A stretch of DNA of 64,000 nt from Mobula hypostoma (lineage: Eukaryota), in the NCBI RefSeq assembly GCF_963921235.1, contig NC_086097.1:174098001-174162000 (forward strand), read 5' to 3'. Shown piece by piece: positions 37,589 through 50,232 of this stretch; the stretch's first letter is position 1, and each line of letters opens with the position of its first letter. A model generated the notes under the pieces. The model had not been told where the DNA came from, made no database searches, and was given only the letters and a program-made list of their open reading frames with translations. A program made the position numbers and the translations under genes.

Positions 37589-40250
37589 CATGACTGTGCA
37601 GGCGCATGGACGTCAGCAAATTAGACTGACGGGAAGAATTTAAAAGGAAAGCATTTTTTCATGAGCGGTTTAAGCGAGGCGTGACAGCGCAAGTGCACAG
37701 ACGACAGCGAGTTAGACTGGTGGGAAGAATTTAAAAGGAGAGTATTTTTCTTCAGCGGTTTAATTGAAGCATGACTGCGCAGGCACATGGATGTCAGCAA
37801 GTTAGACCAGCAGGAAGAGTTTAAAAGGAGAGCAGTTTTTCTTCAGTGGCTTGATCAATACATGACTGTGCTGGCGTGTGTACGTCAGCGAGTTAGACCG
37901 GCAGGAAGAATTTAAAAAGAAGACAGCTTTATAGAGTGGGTGTCAGAGTAGAGGGAGTCAGATTAGGAGGGCTTTGGCTCAACAGGGCTTCAGTGATAGC
38001 GGGTGAGGCGAGGTAAGTTACTTGTGAAGAATAGGAATAGGAAGAATGTCTGCAAGGCTGGTGTTCTGTACTGATTGTTGGATGTGGGATGTCCGGGAGA
38101 TGGCCAGCCTCCTGGATGGCCACCTGTGTGCCAGGTGCATCACGCTGCAGCGCCTTAGGGACTGAGTTAGGGAACTGGAAATGCAGCTCGATGACCTTCG
38201 TCTTGTCAGGGCAAGTGAGTAGGTGATAGATACATTCCAATAAGACAGGGAAAGGATGGTAGTGTACAGGAACCATGGTATACAAAGGCTGTTGAAAAGC
38301 TAGTCAAGAAGAAAAGAAGCTTACGAAAGGTTCAAAAAAACTAGGTAATGATGGAGATCTAGAAAATTATAAGGCTGGCAGCAAGGAGCTTAAGAATGAA
38401 ATTAGAGCCACAAGAGGCCATGAGAAGGCCTTGGCGAACAGGATTAAGAAAAACCCCAAGGCATTCCTACAAGTATGTGAAGAGCAAGAGGATTAGAGGT
38501 GACAGAATAGGACCAATGAAGTATCTCAGTGGAAAAGTGTCTGGAACTAGAGGAGGTGGCGGAGGTACTTAATGAATTATTTGACTCATTATTCACTACG
38601 GAAAAGGACCTTGGCAATTGAAGGGATGACTTACAGTGGACTGAAAAGCTTGAACATATAGACATTAAGAAAGAGGATGTGCTGGAGCTTTTGGAAAGCA
38701 TTACGTTGGATAAGTTACCAGGACCGGATGAGATATACCCCAGACTACTGTAGGAGGTGAAGGAGGAGATTGCTGAGCCTCTGGCAATGATCTTTGCATC
38801 ATCAATGGGGAAGGGACAGGTTCCAGAGGATTGGAGGGTTGCAGATGTTGTTCACTTATTCAAAAAAGGGAGTAGAGATAGCCCTGGATATTATAGACCA
38901 GCGAGTCTTACTTCAGTGGTGGTAAGTTGATGGAAAAGATCCTGAGAGGCAGGATTTATGAACATTTGGAGAGGCATAATATGATTAGGAACAGTCAGCA
39001 TGGCTTTGTCAAAGGCAGGTCGTGCCTTATGAGCTTGATTGAATTTTTTGAGGATGTGACTAAACACGTTAATGAAGTTAGAGCAGTAGATGTAGTGTAT
39101 ATGGATTTCAGCAAGGCATTTGATAAGGTACCCCATGCAAGGCTTATTGAGAAATTAAGGAGGTATAGGATCCAAGAGGACTTGCTTTGTGGATCCACAA
39201 TTGGCTTGCCCACCGAAGGCAAAGAGTGGTTGTTGATGGGTCATACTCTGCATGGAGGTTGGTGACCAGTGGTGTGCCTCAGGGATCTGATCCGGAACCC
39301 CTTCTCTCCATTGTTTTTATAAGTGACCTGGATGAGGAAGTGGAGGGATGGGTTAATAAACTTGCTGATGACACAAAGGTTGGGGGTGTTGTGCATAGTG
39401 TGGAGGGCTGTCAGCGGTTACAACGGGATACTGACAGGATGTAAAACTGGGCTGAGAAGTAGCAGATGGAGTTCAACCTAGATAAGTGTGAGGTTGGTCA
39501 TTTTGGTAGGTCAAACACGATGGCAGAATATAGTATTAATGGTTAGACTCTTGGCTGTGTGGAGGATCAGAGGGATCTTGGGGTCCGAGTCCCTAGGGCA
39601 CTCAAAGTTGCTGCGCAGGTTGATTCTGTGGTTAAGAAAGCATACAGTGCATTGGCCTTCATCAAGGATTGAGTTTAGGAGCCAAGATGTAATGTTGCAG
39701 CTGTATAGGACCCTGGTTAGACCCCACTTGGAGTACTGTGCTCAGTTCTGGTCGCCTCACTATAGGTAGAATGTGGAAACCATAGAAAGGGTGCAGAGGA
39801 GATTTACAAGGATGTTGCCTGGATTGGGGAGCATATCTTATGTGAATAGGTTAAGTGAACCTTGCCTTTTCTCCTTGGAATGACAGAGGATGAGAGGTGA
39901 CCTGACAGAGGTGTATATGATGAGAGGCATTGATCCTGTGGATAGTCAGTGGCTTTTTCCCAGGGCTGAAATGGCTAACATGAGACGGCACAGTTTTAAG
40001 ATGCTTGGAAGGAGGTACAGAGGAGATGTCAGGGGCAAGTTTTTTACGCAGAGAGTGATGAGTTCGTGGAATGGGCTACCGGCAACGGTGGTGGAGGTGG
40101 GTAAAATAGGGTCCTTTAAGAGACTCCTGAACAGGAGGGCTATGGGTAACCCTAGGTAATTTCTAAAGTAAGTATATGTTCAGCACAGCATTGTGGGCTG
40201 AAGGGCCTGTATTGTGCTGTAGGTTTTCTATGTTTCCATTTCTATGTTCT
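37589..40250 (+). mobile_element. CR1 LINE with 5' tandem monomers, ORF1 start and internally deleted ORF2
   Basis: ~90-bp repeats at 37589-37920; ORF1 start MSARLVFCTDC...HLCARC...VRELEMQL at 38046; RT ORFs 38927-40159; ttctatgttcta tail. Confidence 0.9.
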
Positions 40251-41195
40251 AAATTACAAAAATAAACAGTAGGAACCTAACAATGGAGGGCACTGATCTG
40301 AAAAATGAGCGTATTTCTGGGTCAGTCCTCAAATGCAGAGAAGACTCGACAATTAATCCTCTATTTATAGCACATATAGTACGGATCAAGAAAGATGTCT
40401 GTGAGCTGTGTTATGGGAGGCCATTCCATTGTAGCTCTTTTAAAATTTCGTGGTAGGAAAGTTCTATGGAAAATCACCAAAACGTGTGCTGCAATTGTTC
40501 AGGGGCAGAGTTTGCAGAAGTTCATAACATTGCAAAATTAGACTGATGCAGTGGCAGATGCTACAGACATGATAGAGCTGGAGGTAAAAGAGGTGGAGGT
40601 ACTGTGTCGTTAATGGGGAGAACATCACAGCTGTACCTAGAGAGAATATTTCTGAGGTGATGTCCAGTAAGGCATAGAACATGCACAGCACAGCACAGTA
40701 CAGGCCCTTAGGCCCAGGATATGCCAATCAGAATAAATTACCACATGATCAAACTAACCCCTCCCCCCACACAACCCAAAACTCTCTATTGTTCTTACAT
40801 TCATGTGTCTATCTAAGAGTCTCTAAAATGTACCTTGTGCACCAGCCTCTACCACCACCCTGGCAGTGCTTTCTAGACATAGTTTTGTAGATATCGTTTA
40901 CCATTCCTGGAAGCTCATCACAGTATTACTTTCATTTGATAATTCTCATTTTAATTATACATAGGTACCTGGAGAGAAAGAAAAATAACAGCTCAGGAGA
41001 GAGAAACAATTACAGTAAAACTCCAGTAATCTAATAAACTTCACTTGTTCAGAAATTGTGATGGTTTGACATCTGACTTACTCATTAGTCCAGAATGTGA
41101 TCTGGGTTCCGGGGTGCAAATAAGATGTGTGGATCAAACTTGGATCCAAAGTGCAGCCAATCAGGGGTTAGATCTGTGGGCTGTGGGTTTGGCTG
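40251..41195 (-). repeat. Copy 2 of inverted duplication of 6366-7299
   Basis: Reverse-complement match; continues patchily to 41320 (matching 6125-6176 and 5553-5612). Confidence 0.95.
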
Positions 41196-41875
41196 TATCA
41201 CTAAGTAAGAGCTACAGAGAAAGTGCTGTGCAGGTAAATAAATAATGAAGTGCAAGATCTTGCTCCAAGTAAGAACTGGAATTCAATTGTAAACAAGGTA
41301 GGAGAATGGAATTCTGATTTTTTAAAAAAAATTATTCATTTATGGGATGTGGGCTTCACCAGCTGAGCCAGCATTTAATGCCCATCCTTAGTTGCCCTTG
41401 AGAACGTAGTGATGAGCTGCCTTCTTTAACCTCTGCAGTCCTTGAGGTGTAGGTACACCCACAGTGCTATTAGGGAGGGAATTCCATTATTTTGACCCAG
41501 CAACAATGAAGGAACAGCGATGTGTTTCAAAGTCAGGATGGTGAGTTTCTTGGAGAGTGATTTCCAAATGGTGGTTTCCCAGGTATTTACTGTTCTCCTT
41601 CTAGATGGTCGTGGGTCTGGAAGGTGCTGCCTTAGGAACTTTGGTGTGTTGTTGCAGTGCATCTTGTAGACAGTACACACTGTTGCAACTGTTCGTCAAT
41701 GGTGAAAGGAATGGATGCTTGTGGAAGAGTACCAATCAAGTGGGCTGCCTTGAACTGGATAGTGTTGTCACTCATCAAGGTGAGTGACGAGTATTCCATT
41801 ACACTCCTGACTTAAGCCTTGTATATAGTGGACAGGATCTGGGGAGTCAGGAGGTGAGTTACACGGAGCAGGATT

Positions 41876-43159
41876 GTTACCTGGACTATTCCTCTTCTCA
41901 CCCTGTCTCTTGCAAAAATGCCATCCCCTTCTCGCAATTCCTTTGTCTCCGCCGCATCTGCTCTCAGGATGAGGCTTTTCATTCCAGGACGAGGGAGATG
42001 TCCTCCTTTTTTGAAGAAAGAGGTTTCCCTTCCTCCACCATCAACTCTGCTGTCAAATGCATCTCCCCCATTTCATGCACATCTGCTCTCACTCCATCCT
42101 CCCGCCACCCCACTAGGAATAGGTTTCCCCTGGTCCTCACCTACCACCCCACCAGCCTCCGGGTCCAACATATTATTCTCCGTAACTTCGGCCACCTCCA
42201 ACGGGATCCAAACTCTAAGCACATCTTTCCCTCCCCCCGCCCCCGTGCTTTCCGCAAGGATCGCTCCCTATGCGACTCCCTTGTCCATTCGTGTCCCCCC
42301 CATCCCTCCCCACTGATCTCTCTCCTGGCACTTATCCTTGTAAGCGGAACAAGTGCTACACATGCCCTTACACTTCCTCCCTTACCACCATTCAGAGCCC
42401 CAGACAGTCCTTCCAGGTGAGGCGACACTTTACCAGTGAATCGGCTGGGGTGATATACTGTGTCCGGTGCTCCCAATGTGGCCTTCTATATATTGGCGAG
42501 ACCCGATGCAGACTGAGAGACCGCTTTGCTGAACACCAACACTCTGTCTGCCAGAGAAGGCAGGATCTCCCAGTGGCCACACATTTTAATTCCACATCCC
42601 ATTCCCATTCTGACATGTCTATCCACGGCCTCCTCTACTGTGAAGATGAAGCCACACTCAGGTTGGAGGAACAACACTTTATATTCCGTCTGGGTAGGCT
42701 CCAACCTGATGGCATGAACATTGACTTCTCTAACTTCCGCTAATGCCCCACCTCCCCCTCGTACCCCATCCGTTATTTATATACACACATTCTTACTCTC
42801 ACTCTCCTTTTTCTTCCTCTGTCCCTCTGACTATACCCCTTGCCCATCCTCTGGGTTCCCCCCGTCCCCCTTTTCCTTCTCCCTAGGCCTCCTGTCCCAT
42901 GATCCTCTCATATCCCTTTTACCAATCACCTGTCCAGCTCTTGGCTCCATCCGTCCCCCTCCTGTCTTCTCCTATCATTTTGGATATCCTCCTCCCCCTC
43001 CCACTTTCAAATCTCTTACTAGCTCTTCTTTATGTTAGTCCTGACGAAGGGTCTCGGCCCAAAACGTCGACTGTACCTCTTCCTAGAGATGCTGCGTTCG
43101 CCAGCAACTTTGATGTGTGTTGCTTGAATTTCCAGCATCTGCAGAATTCCTCGTGTTTG
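41876..43159 (+). mobile_element. PLE (Neptune-like), 5' truncated, 12-bp TSD
   Basis: RT thumb (YLDYSSSHP...SQFLCLRRICS), CKRNKCYTC linker, GIY-YIG (VIYCVRC..CGLLYIGET); TSD cggagcaggatt at 41864-41875 and 43160-43171. Confidence 0.9.
43036..43073 (+). ncRNA. Minimal hammerhead ribozyme motif, GAAA core mutated to AAAA
   Basis: agtc-CTGACGA-A-gggt-ctcg-gccc-AAAAC-GTC-gact downstream of the GIY-YIG ORF. Confidence 0.75.
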
Positions 43160-46051
43160 CGGAGCAGGATTCCTAGCCTTTGACCTGACGGTGTTTGTAT
43201 GGCTAGATCAGTTCAGTTTCCTGTCAATGGTAACCCCTAGGATGTTGATAGTAGGAGATTCAGTAATGGTGATGCCACTGAATATCAAGGGATGATGGTT
43301 AGAGCCTCTTTTGTTGGATGGAGATGGCCATTGCCTAGCACTTGCATGGTTTGAATGTTACTTGTTACTTGCCACTTGTCAGCCCAAGCCTGGATATTGT
43401 CCAGGTCCTGCTGCATTTAGGTATGAACTGCTTCACTATCTGAAGAATCACGAATGGTGCAGAACATTGTGCAGTATTCTGTGAAAATCCCCACTTCTGA
43501 CCTTATGACTGAAAGAACGTCACTGATGAAGCAGCTGAAGATGGTTGGTCTTAGGATACTTTCCTGAGAAACTCCCGCAGTGATGTTTTGAGGATGAGGT
43601 GATTGACCTCCAACCACCACAACCATCTTCCTTTGTGTCAGGTATGATTCTAACCACTGGAGGGTTTTCCCCTTAATTCTCATTGACTTCATTTTAGCTA
43701 GGGCACCTTGATGCCATACTCATCAAAAATGCTACCTTGATGTTCAGGGCTATCACTCTCACCTCACCTCAGGTATTTACCTCTTTGGTTCATGTTTGGA
43801 CCAAGGTGATGATGAGGTCAGGAGCTGAGAAGCCTTGATGGAACCCAAACTGGGCATCTGCATGCAGGTTGTTGCCGAGTAGGTGCTGCATGATAGCAGT
43901 GTTGCTGACCCCTTCCATTACTTTGCTGACAAAAAATGTCATTAATGTCAGGAAAAAAGAGGTGTTGATTCTCTTTAAGACCCTCAGGGCCTGATAGGGT
44001 CTATCCAATGTTATTGAGAGAGTCAAGAAAGAAGATTGTTGGTACCTTGACAAAGATCTTTGTATCTTCTTTAACCAGAGGCCTCAGAGGACCAATAACC
44101 AATGAGAATAATCAATGTTTGGTTGTTTTGGAAGAGAAAGAAATAACACGACAAATTATATGCTTGTGAGCCTTCCATCAGTGGTAGGGGAATTATTACT
44201 CACATTTAGGAAAACATGGGTTTATTATGGATGGCTTTGTGTAGAAAAGGTCCTGTTTTATGACCTTAATTGAATCCTGTGAGGAGGTGACAAAGATGAT
44301 TGATGATGTATTTTCTGCATCGACTTTAGAAACCCACTTGAAAAGATCCCTCTTGGCGGGCTGATCCAGAAGATTTAGGCACATGGGATGAATGGTGACT
44401 TGGTAAATTAGATTCAAAGTTTATTTGACCATAGAACACAGAGGATAGTAGTGGAGAACAGTTATTCTGACTGGAGGTATTCCACAGGGAATCAGTACTG
44501 GGACATCTCTTTATGATGTGCATAAATGATTTGAATGAAAATGTAGGTGGGCTAATCAGTAAGTTGCAGATGATGCAAAAATTGGAGTTCTTGGCACTTG
44601 AGGTTGTCAAGGAAGAACAACGGACTTAGATCATTTGAAAAATTGGTCAGAGAAATAGAAGGTGCAGTTTAATCTGGACAAGTATTATACTTTAGGAAGT
44701 CAAATGTCATATCAAAGTATAAAGGAAATCATAGGACTCATGGGACAACTGATGTATAGAGAGGTCTTAAGGTTCATGGCTACCTGAAAGTGGCTTCACC
44801 AGTGGATTGGGTGGGAAAGGAGGCATAGTGCTTGGCCTTCATCAGTTAATACTTCGAGTATAAAAGTTGGGAAGTTAGTTTATAGCTGTGTAGAATGTTG
44901 GTTGGGCCATATTTGGAGTAGAGTCATAGAACACTACACAGAAACAGGCTCTTTGGCCCATCTAGTCCATGCCACATCATTAATCTGCCTAGTCCTATCG
45001 ACCTACACCCGGGCCAAAGCCCATACCCCTCCCTTTCCATGGACCTATTCAAATTTCTCTTAAGTGTTGAAATTGACCCCACATCCACCATTTGCACTGG
45101 CAGCTCATTTCACACTCTCACCACTCTCTGAATGAAAAAAGTTTCCCTTCATGTTCCCTTAAAAGTTTCCACCTTTCATCTTTTACCCTTAACCCATGAC
45201 CTTTATTTGTAGTCTCACCCAATATCAGTGGAAGAAACATGCTTACATTTATCCTATCTATACCTTTCCTAATTTTGTATAACTCTATCAAATATCCCCT
45301 CAATCTTCCCAGATCCTTCTTTTCTACTGTATTCCTCAGTGCCCTATTACTCACTGTGTAAGAGCTACCCTGGTTGAACCTCCTAAAGTGAAACACTTCA
45401 CACTTGTCTGTATTAAATTCCATCTGCCATTTTTCAGCTCATCTTCCAGCTGGTTCATATCCTGCTGCAGATTTTGATAGTCTCCCTTGCTGTCCACCGC
45501 ACTCCTAATCTTAGTGTCATCTGCAAATTTGCTGATCCAGTTACCCACATTATCATTCAGATCATTGACATAGATGACAAACAAAAATGGAACCAGCATC
45601 AATCCCTGCCGCAACCATCTATGACCATTCTTTGGCTTCTTCCATAAAGCCTATGTCTAATTCAGTTGATTACCTCATCTTGAATGCCAAGGGACTGAAG
45701 CTTCTTGACTAAACTTCCATGTGAGACATTGTCAAAGACCTTGCTAAGGTCATTTAAGCGCCATCCACTGCCTTGCCTCGATCAACTTTCCTGGTTACTT
45801 CTTTGAAAAATCTATAAGATTGGTTTTCATGACCTACCACACACAAAGCCATGTTGACTATTGCTGATCAGTCCCTGTCTATCCAAATACTTGTACATCT
45901 GGTCCCTTAGAATATCTTTCAATAACCTTCCCACTACTGGGAAAGCTTTTAATTTCGTAGCTTATTCTTAGAGCCTTTTGTAAACAATGGAGCATCATTG
46001 GCTATCCTCCAATCTCTGGCACCTCACCTGTGGCTAAGGATGTTTTAAATA

Positions 46052-47587
46052 CAGGTTTCCCCCGCCATCCGAAGGTAGAGCGTTCCTATGAAACGGTTCG
46101 TAAGCCGGAATGTTGTAAAGCGAAGAAGCAATTACCATTTATTTATATGGGGAAAAATTGTGAGCGTTCGCAGACCCAAAAATAACCTACCAAATCATAT
46201 CAAATAACACATAAAACCTAAAATAACAGTAACATATAGTAAAAGCAGGAATGATATGATAAATACACAGCCTATATAAAGTAGAAATACTTTTCCACAA
46301 TCATTGCCGCACTGTTTTCCGTAGCGGAAATCTCACTCAAGCGCTCTCGGCAGAAACACTCTCTCCAGTAACCTTTAGGCTATGAAGCTGCCAAATCCTA
46401 CCAAATAATGCATAAAAATACACAGCCTATATAAAGTAGAAATAATGTATGTAGTGTAGTATCACTTACCGGAATTAAGAAGATAGCACCGAGCACACTG
46501 ATGATGGTGTGCTAGGCTGAGTCATCGGAGGTTGGGGTGGTGCGGTGGTCCCAAACCTCCAGGCAGCAAACTGATACCGATCTGTGGAGAATGCAGGGGT
46601 ACAGCGGTAGCCGGGACGCACCCAGCACATCTTTAAGAAAAAAGCCGAAATAAACAAGCTAATTAATTAGGTGCCACCCGGCACATAAATGTCGGCCCAG
46701 ATCAGAGGTGACGCAATCGGCAATTGCCTCTGATCTGGGCCGACGTTTACGTGCCGGGTGGCACCTAATTAATTAGCTTGTTTATTTCAGCTTTTTTCTT
46801 AAAGATGTGTTGGGTGCATCCCGGCTACCGCTGCATTCTCCGCAGCAATGTATTAGTCCGCGGCCCGGGGGTGGGGGTGGTGGGACACTGGAGTGTCACC
46901 TCATCATCGTCTGTTTCCATCAGGGCAGGCAGGTCATATTCACCTTCAGTTCCTGGACGACTTCACTTTCGGTCGGTTCGCTACTGCGTTTGGTTTCGGT
47001 TGTTATCCTTTCCTCTTCCAATTGCATCAGCTCTTCATCTATCAGTTCTTGGTCATGGAATGCCAAAACCTCTTCAACATCATCTTCGTCAACTTCCACA
47101 AGCCAAACTCACTTTGTCCTTACGAAGGGTCTCGGCCTGAAACGTCGACTGTACCTCTTCCTAGAGATGCTGCCTGGCCTGCTGCGTTCACCAGCAACTT
47201 TGATGTGTGTTGCTTGAATTTCCAGCATCTGCAGAATTCTTGTTGTCCTTATTTCGTTCACCACGATCGAAACGCTTAATTATGTCCAGTTTTACGCTAA
47301 GTGTAACACCCTTACGAGCTCTTTCAGGCTTTTCCGATACCGTAGAACTGATCTTGCTAACGGCTGCTCACAGGCACATGTTTAAGCAATGCCGGCTAGA
47401 ATGCTGTTCCGGGGGAGGAGCTTGGCTGCTTGGGGCGCACGCTGCTTTTTTCGCGCACTGCTTTTTTCGCACGCTGCCTTTTTTCGTAACAGTGAAAACA
47501 CCTGTTAGCGAAAACAGGTAACTAATGTAGGTCTTTCATAACAGCGAGGTTTTGTAAAGCGAACGTTCGAAAAGCGGGGGACACCTG
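46052..47587 (-). mobile_element. Tigger/pogo-type element (copy C)
   Basis: TA|caggtttcccccgcc...gcgggggacacctg|TA; reverse complement of copy B. Confidence 0.9.
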
Positions 47588-47681
47588 TATCTCTGCTAGG
47601 GCCCCTGCAATTTCTGGACTAGCCTCCCTTGGGGTCTGAGAGAATAGCTTGTCAGGGCCTGCTGAACTAGACAGCAAACAC

Positions 47682-48043
47682 CTAGAATTAACTCAGAAAG
47701 TCATGGCGCAAACAAACAGGTGAGATACAAGAGAATTCTAAGAAGCATGGTTTTCTGCAAGTGGTTCAATAAACAGATATGTAGACCTCAATCTTATTTA
47801 TAAGCCAATAAAGGCAAAATTACAGACAACGCCCAGAGTTCTTCATGTGATCAATCAGCGATGAGACCCCCTCTCTACATCATAATTGAGTTTCTGTAAT
47901 GACGTCCAGTCATTGATAAATACATAAAAGCCAAGCATTCGGAGGACATGCCACAAGTGAACAGTGCACTGATGACATCTCCTCATATGGCGATGAAACG
48001 TTTGCAAATGCATTGCCAAGATCGGAGAACAACTCAATCCAAC
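47682..48043 (+). mobile_element. Third PLE family 3' fragment, 11-bp TSD
   Basis: Reads REF*EAWFS..SINRYVDL..IY (GIY-YIG C-terminus); TSD acagcaaacac at 47671-47681 and 48044-48054. Confidence 0.8.
47965..48006 (+). ncRNA. Minimal hammerhead ribozyme motif, intact core
   Basis: tgca-CTGATGA-c-atctcc-tcatat-ggcgat-GAAAC-GTT-tgca. Confidence 0.8.
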
Positions 48044-48554
48044 ACAGCAAACACGTCCTCCTCTGTAATCTGTGTAGGGTTCATGACCATGCTGCTGTAT
48101 TGCCTCACATCGAGAGACAATGTCCGTTTCTTAAATAAGTACAGATGGAAAAGAAATCCATTTAGGATTTCCCTCATTTCTTTTGGCTCCACACACAGAT
48201 GAACACTCATCTTTCAGAGGACCAGTTTTGTCCCTTGCTATCATTTTGCTCTTAATATACATATCTGTAAAAGTCCTTGGGAATCTCCTTAACCTTACCT
48301 GCTAGAGCAACCTTGTCATCTTTTAGCCCTCCTGATTTCTTTCTTAGTGTTCTTTGCATTTCTTGTGCTCCTCAAGTACTGCATTTGTTCCTGCCTGCCT
48401 GTACCTGCTATGCACTTCCTCCTTTTTCTTAACCAGGGCCTCAATATCTCTTGAAAAGTAAGACTTCATAAACCTGTTATTCTTGCTTTTTATTATCACA
48501 GGAACAGACAAACTCTGTACTCTCAAAATTTCACTTTTGAAGGCCTCCATTCGA

Positions 48555-49705
48555 AAGAAGTGGTCATCTTCAGGTGCCGTGCCCAGTTTGAGATTTGACT
48601 GCCATGGCCCACACTGTTTCGGGTCAAGTGGATCAATTCATTGGTATTCATTTCCAGTTCTCTGGCTGCTGTCTCCATCATCATTTGTCATTGTCTTCCT
48701 CTTGCTTTTTTCCCTTCAATCTTTCCCATAATTACGGTGCATTTTAACTCCTCTTTCCTAATCACATGACCAATGAAGTTACGTTGCCTTTTCATGATCT
48801 CATACATTATTTCTCTTTTTGTGTTTGCTCTGTTCATGACATCCTCATCAGAAATTCATTTCGTCCATGATATTCTTTGCATCCTCCTCAAAAATCACAA
48901 CTCTGCTGCTTCAATTCGTTTCCTCATGTTACTAGATATTGTCCAACATTCTGAGCCATATAACATAACTGGATAAACTTAACATTTCAGTACTCTGAGG
49001 CGGGTTGTCATGCCTAGTTTAGTGTTGGTCAGTATACTCTTCATTCTCATAAAGGTGTCTTTTGCCATCCCTATTCTTCTTTTGATGTCCATGTCGCACC
49101 TGCCATCTGATGCCACCCAGCTTCCTAAGTAGCAAAAGTTCTGTACTTGTTTTATGTCTTCCCCATTTATTCTCAGCCTGCAGATAAGATTCTCCTCCTT
49201 TTTGGATATCACCATACCATTCATACCATACAATTGATAGATAGACCCATTTTTGCACTTTCTTCAACAATTATATCAATTAAGTTTTGTAGTTCTTCCT
49301 CCGTACTTGCAATTAACACTGTCATCTGCATATTTGAAATTATTGATGTTTTTACTGCAAACTTTGATTCCCAAGATGGCTCTTATCTTTTTGTAATATT
49401 GTTTCACTGTACACATTAAATAAATTGGGAGAAAACACACCCTTGTCTAACACCTCTCTTGATTTTTGTAAATGGACTCACTTCTCCAGCTATTCTTACA
49501 GCGGCAGTTTATTCCCAGTACAGATTTCTGATTAGGCGGAGGTCCTTCGAATCTGGATCTAGAGTTTTCAAATAACTTATTGTGCTTCACTTTATTAAAT
49601 GCTTTTGTGTAGTCGATAAAACAAACAAACAAATCTTTTTGCACTTGAATAGCTCGTTCTGATAGTATCCCTAACAGCAATATTCCGTTTCTTGTACCTT
49701 TGTCT
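48555..49705 (-). mobile_element. RTE-clade LINE RT fragment
   Basis: FIDYTKAFNKVKH; INGEDIKQVQNFCYLGS...DIKRRIGMAK (RTE signature). Confidence 0.85.
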
Positions 49706-50014
49706 AACCTTTCTTATTCCTCAGTTCTACTCATAAAGCCTCATTAGACAAGCTGTCCACTCTGTCTTGACTGAGCACTTATGTGAATTTTTCTCTGACT
49801 ACTAATGCCACCCCTCCCGTTTTAATCCCTCCCATCTAACACATCTAATACAATGGAACCCTGAAACACTGAGCTGCCAATCCCACCCCTCCTGCAACCA
49901 AGTCTTGCTAATGGCTAAAATGCCGTAATTCCACGTGCTGATCCATGCTGTAAACTCATCTGCCTTTCCTACAGTACTCCTTGCATTGAAATCTGCATAT
50001 CAAAACATTAGTCA

Positions 50015-50232
50015 AATTTGCCTATCACCTGTCCAGCTCTCGGCTCTATCCCTCCCCCTCCTGTCTTCTCCCATCATTTTGCATCTCCCCCTCCCCCTCC
50101 AGCTTTCAAATCCCTTACTCACTCTTCCTTCAGTTAGTCCTGACGAAGGGTCTCGGCCTGAAACGTCGACTGCGCCTCTTCCTATAGATGCTGCTTGGCC
50201 TGCTGCGTTCACCAGCAACTTTGATGTGTGTT
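50015..50232 (+). mobile_element. PLE 3' tail (Neptune-like family)
   Basis: Near-identical to 42920-43120. Confidence 0.85.
50136..50171 (+). ncRNA. Minimal hammerhead ribozyme motif, intact core
   Basis: agtc-CTGACGA-A-gggt-ctcg-gcct-GAAAC-GTC-gact. Confidence 0.85.

Larger units (their letters stand above)
41325..43925 (-). mobile_element. CR1/L2-superfamily LINE of a second family, interrupted by PLE
   Basis: ORF 43417-43692 (LQWLESYLTQRKMVVVVGGQ...GVSQESILRP); the same 3' end occurs at 37300-37580. Confidence 0.7.
44925..48550 (-). mobile_element. CR1 LINE relic hosting Tigger copy C and a PLE
   Basis: ORFs 45118-45614 (ISKFADDTK) and 48344-48550; collinear with 3135-5418. Confidence 0.85.

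Noticed and set aside
37589..37920. CRISPR-like array
   Set aside because: Head-to-tail units without unique spacers, in eukaryotic context at a CR1 5' end.
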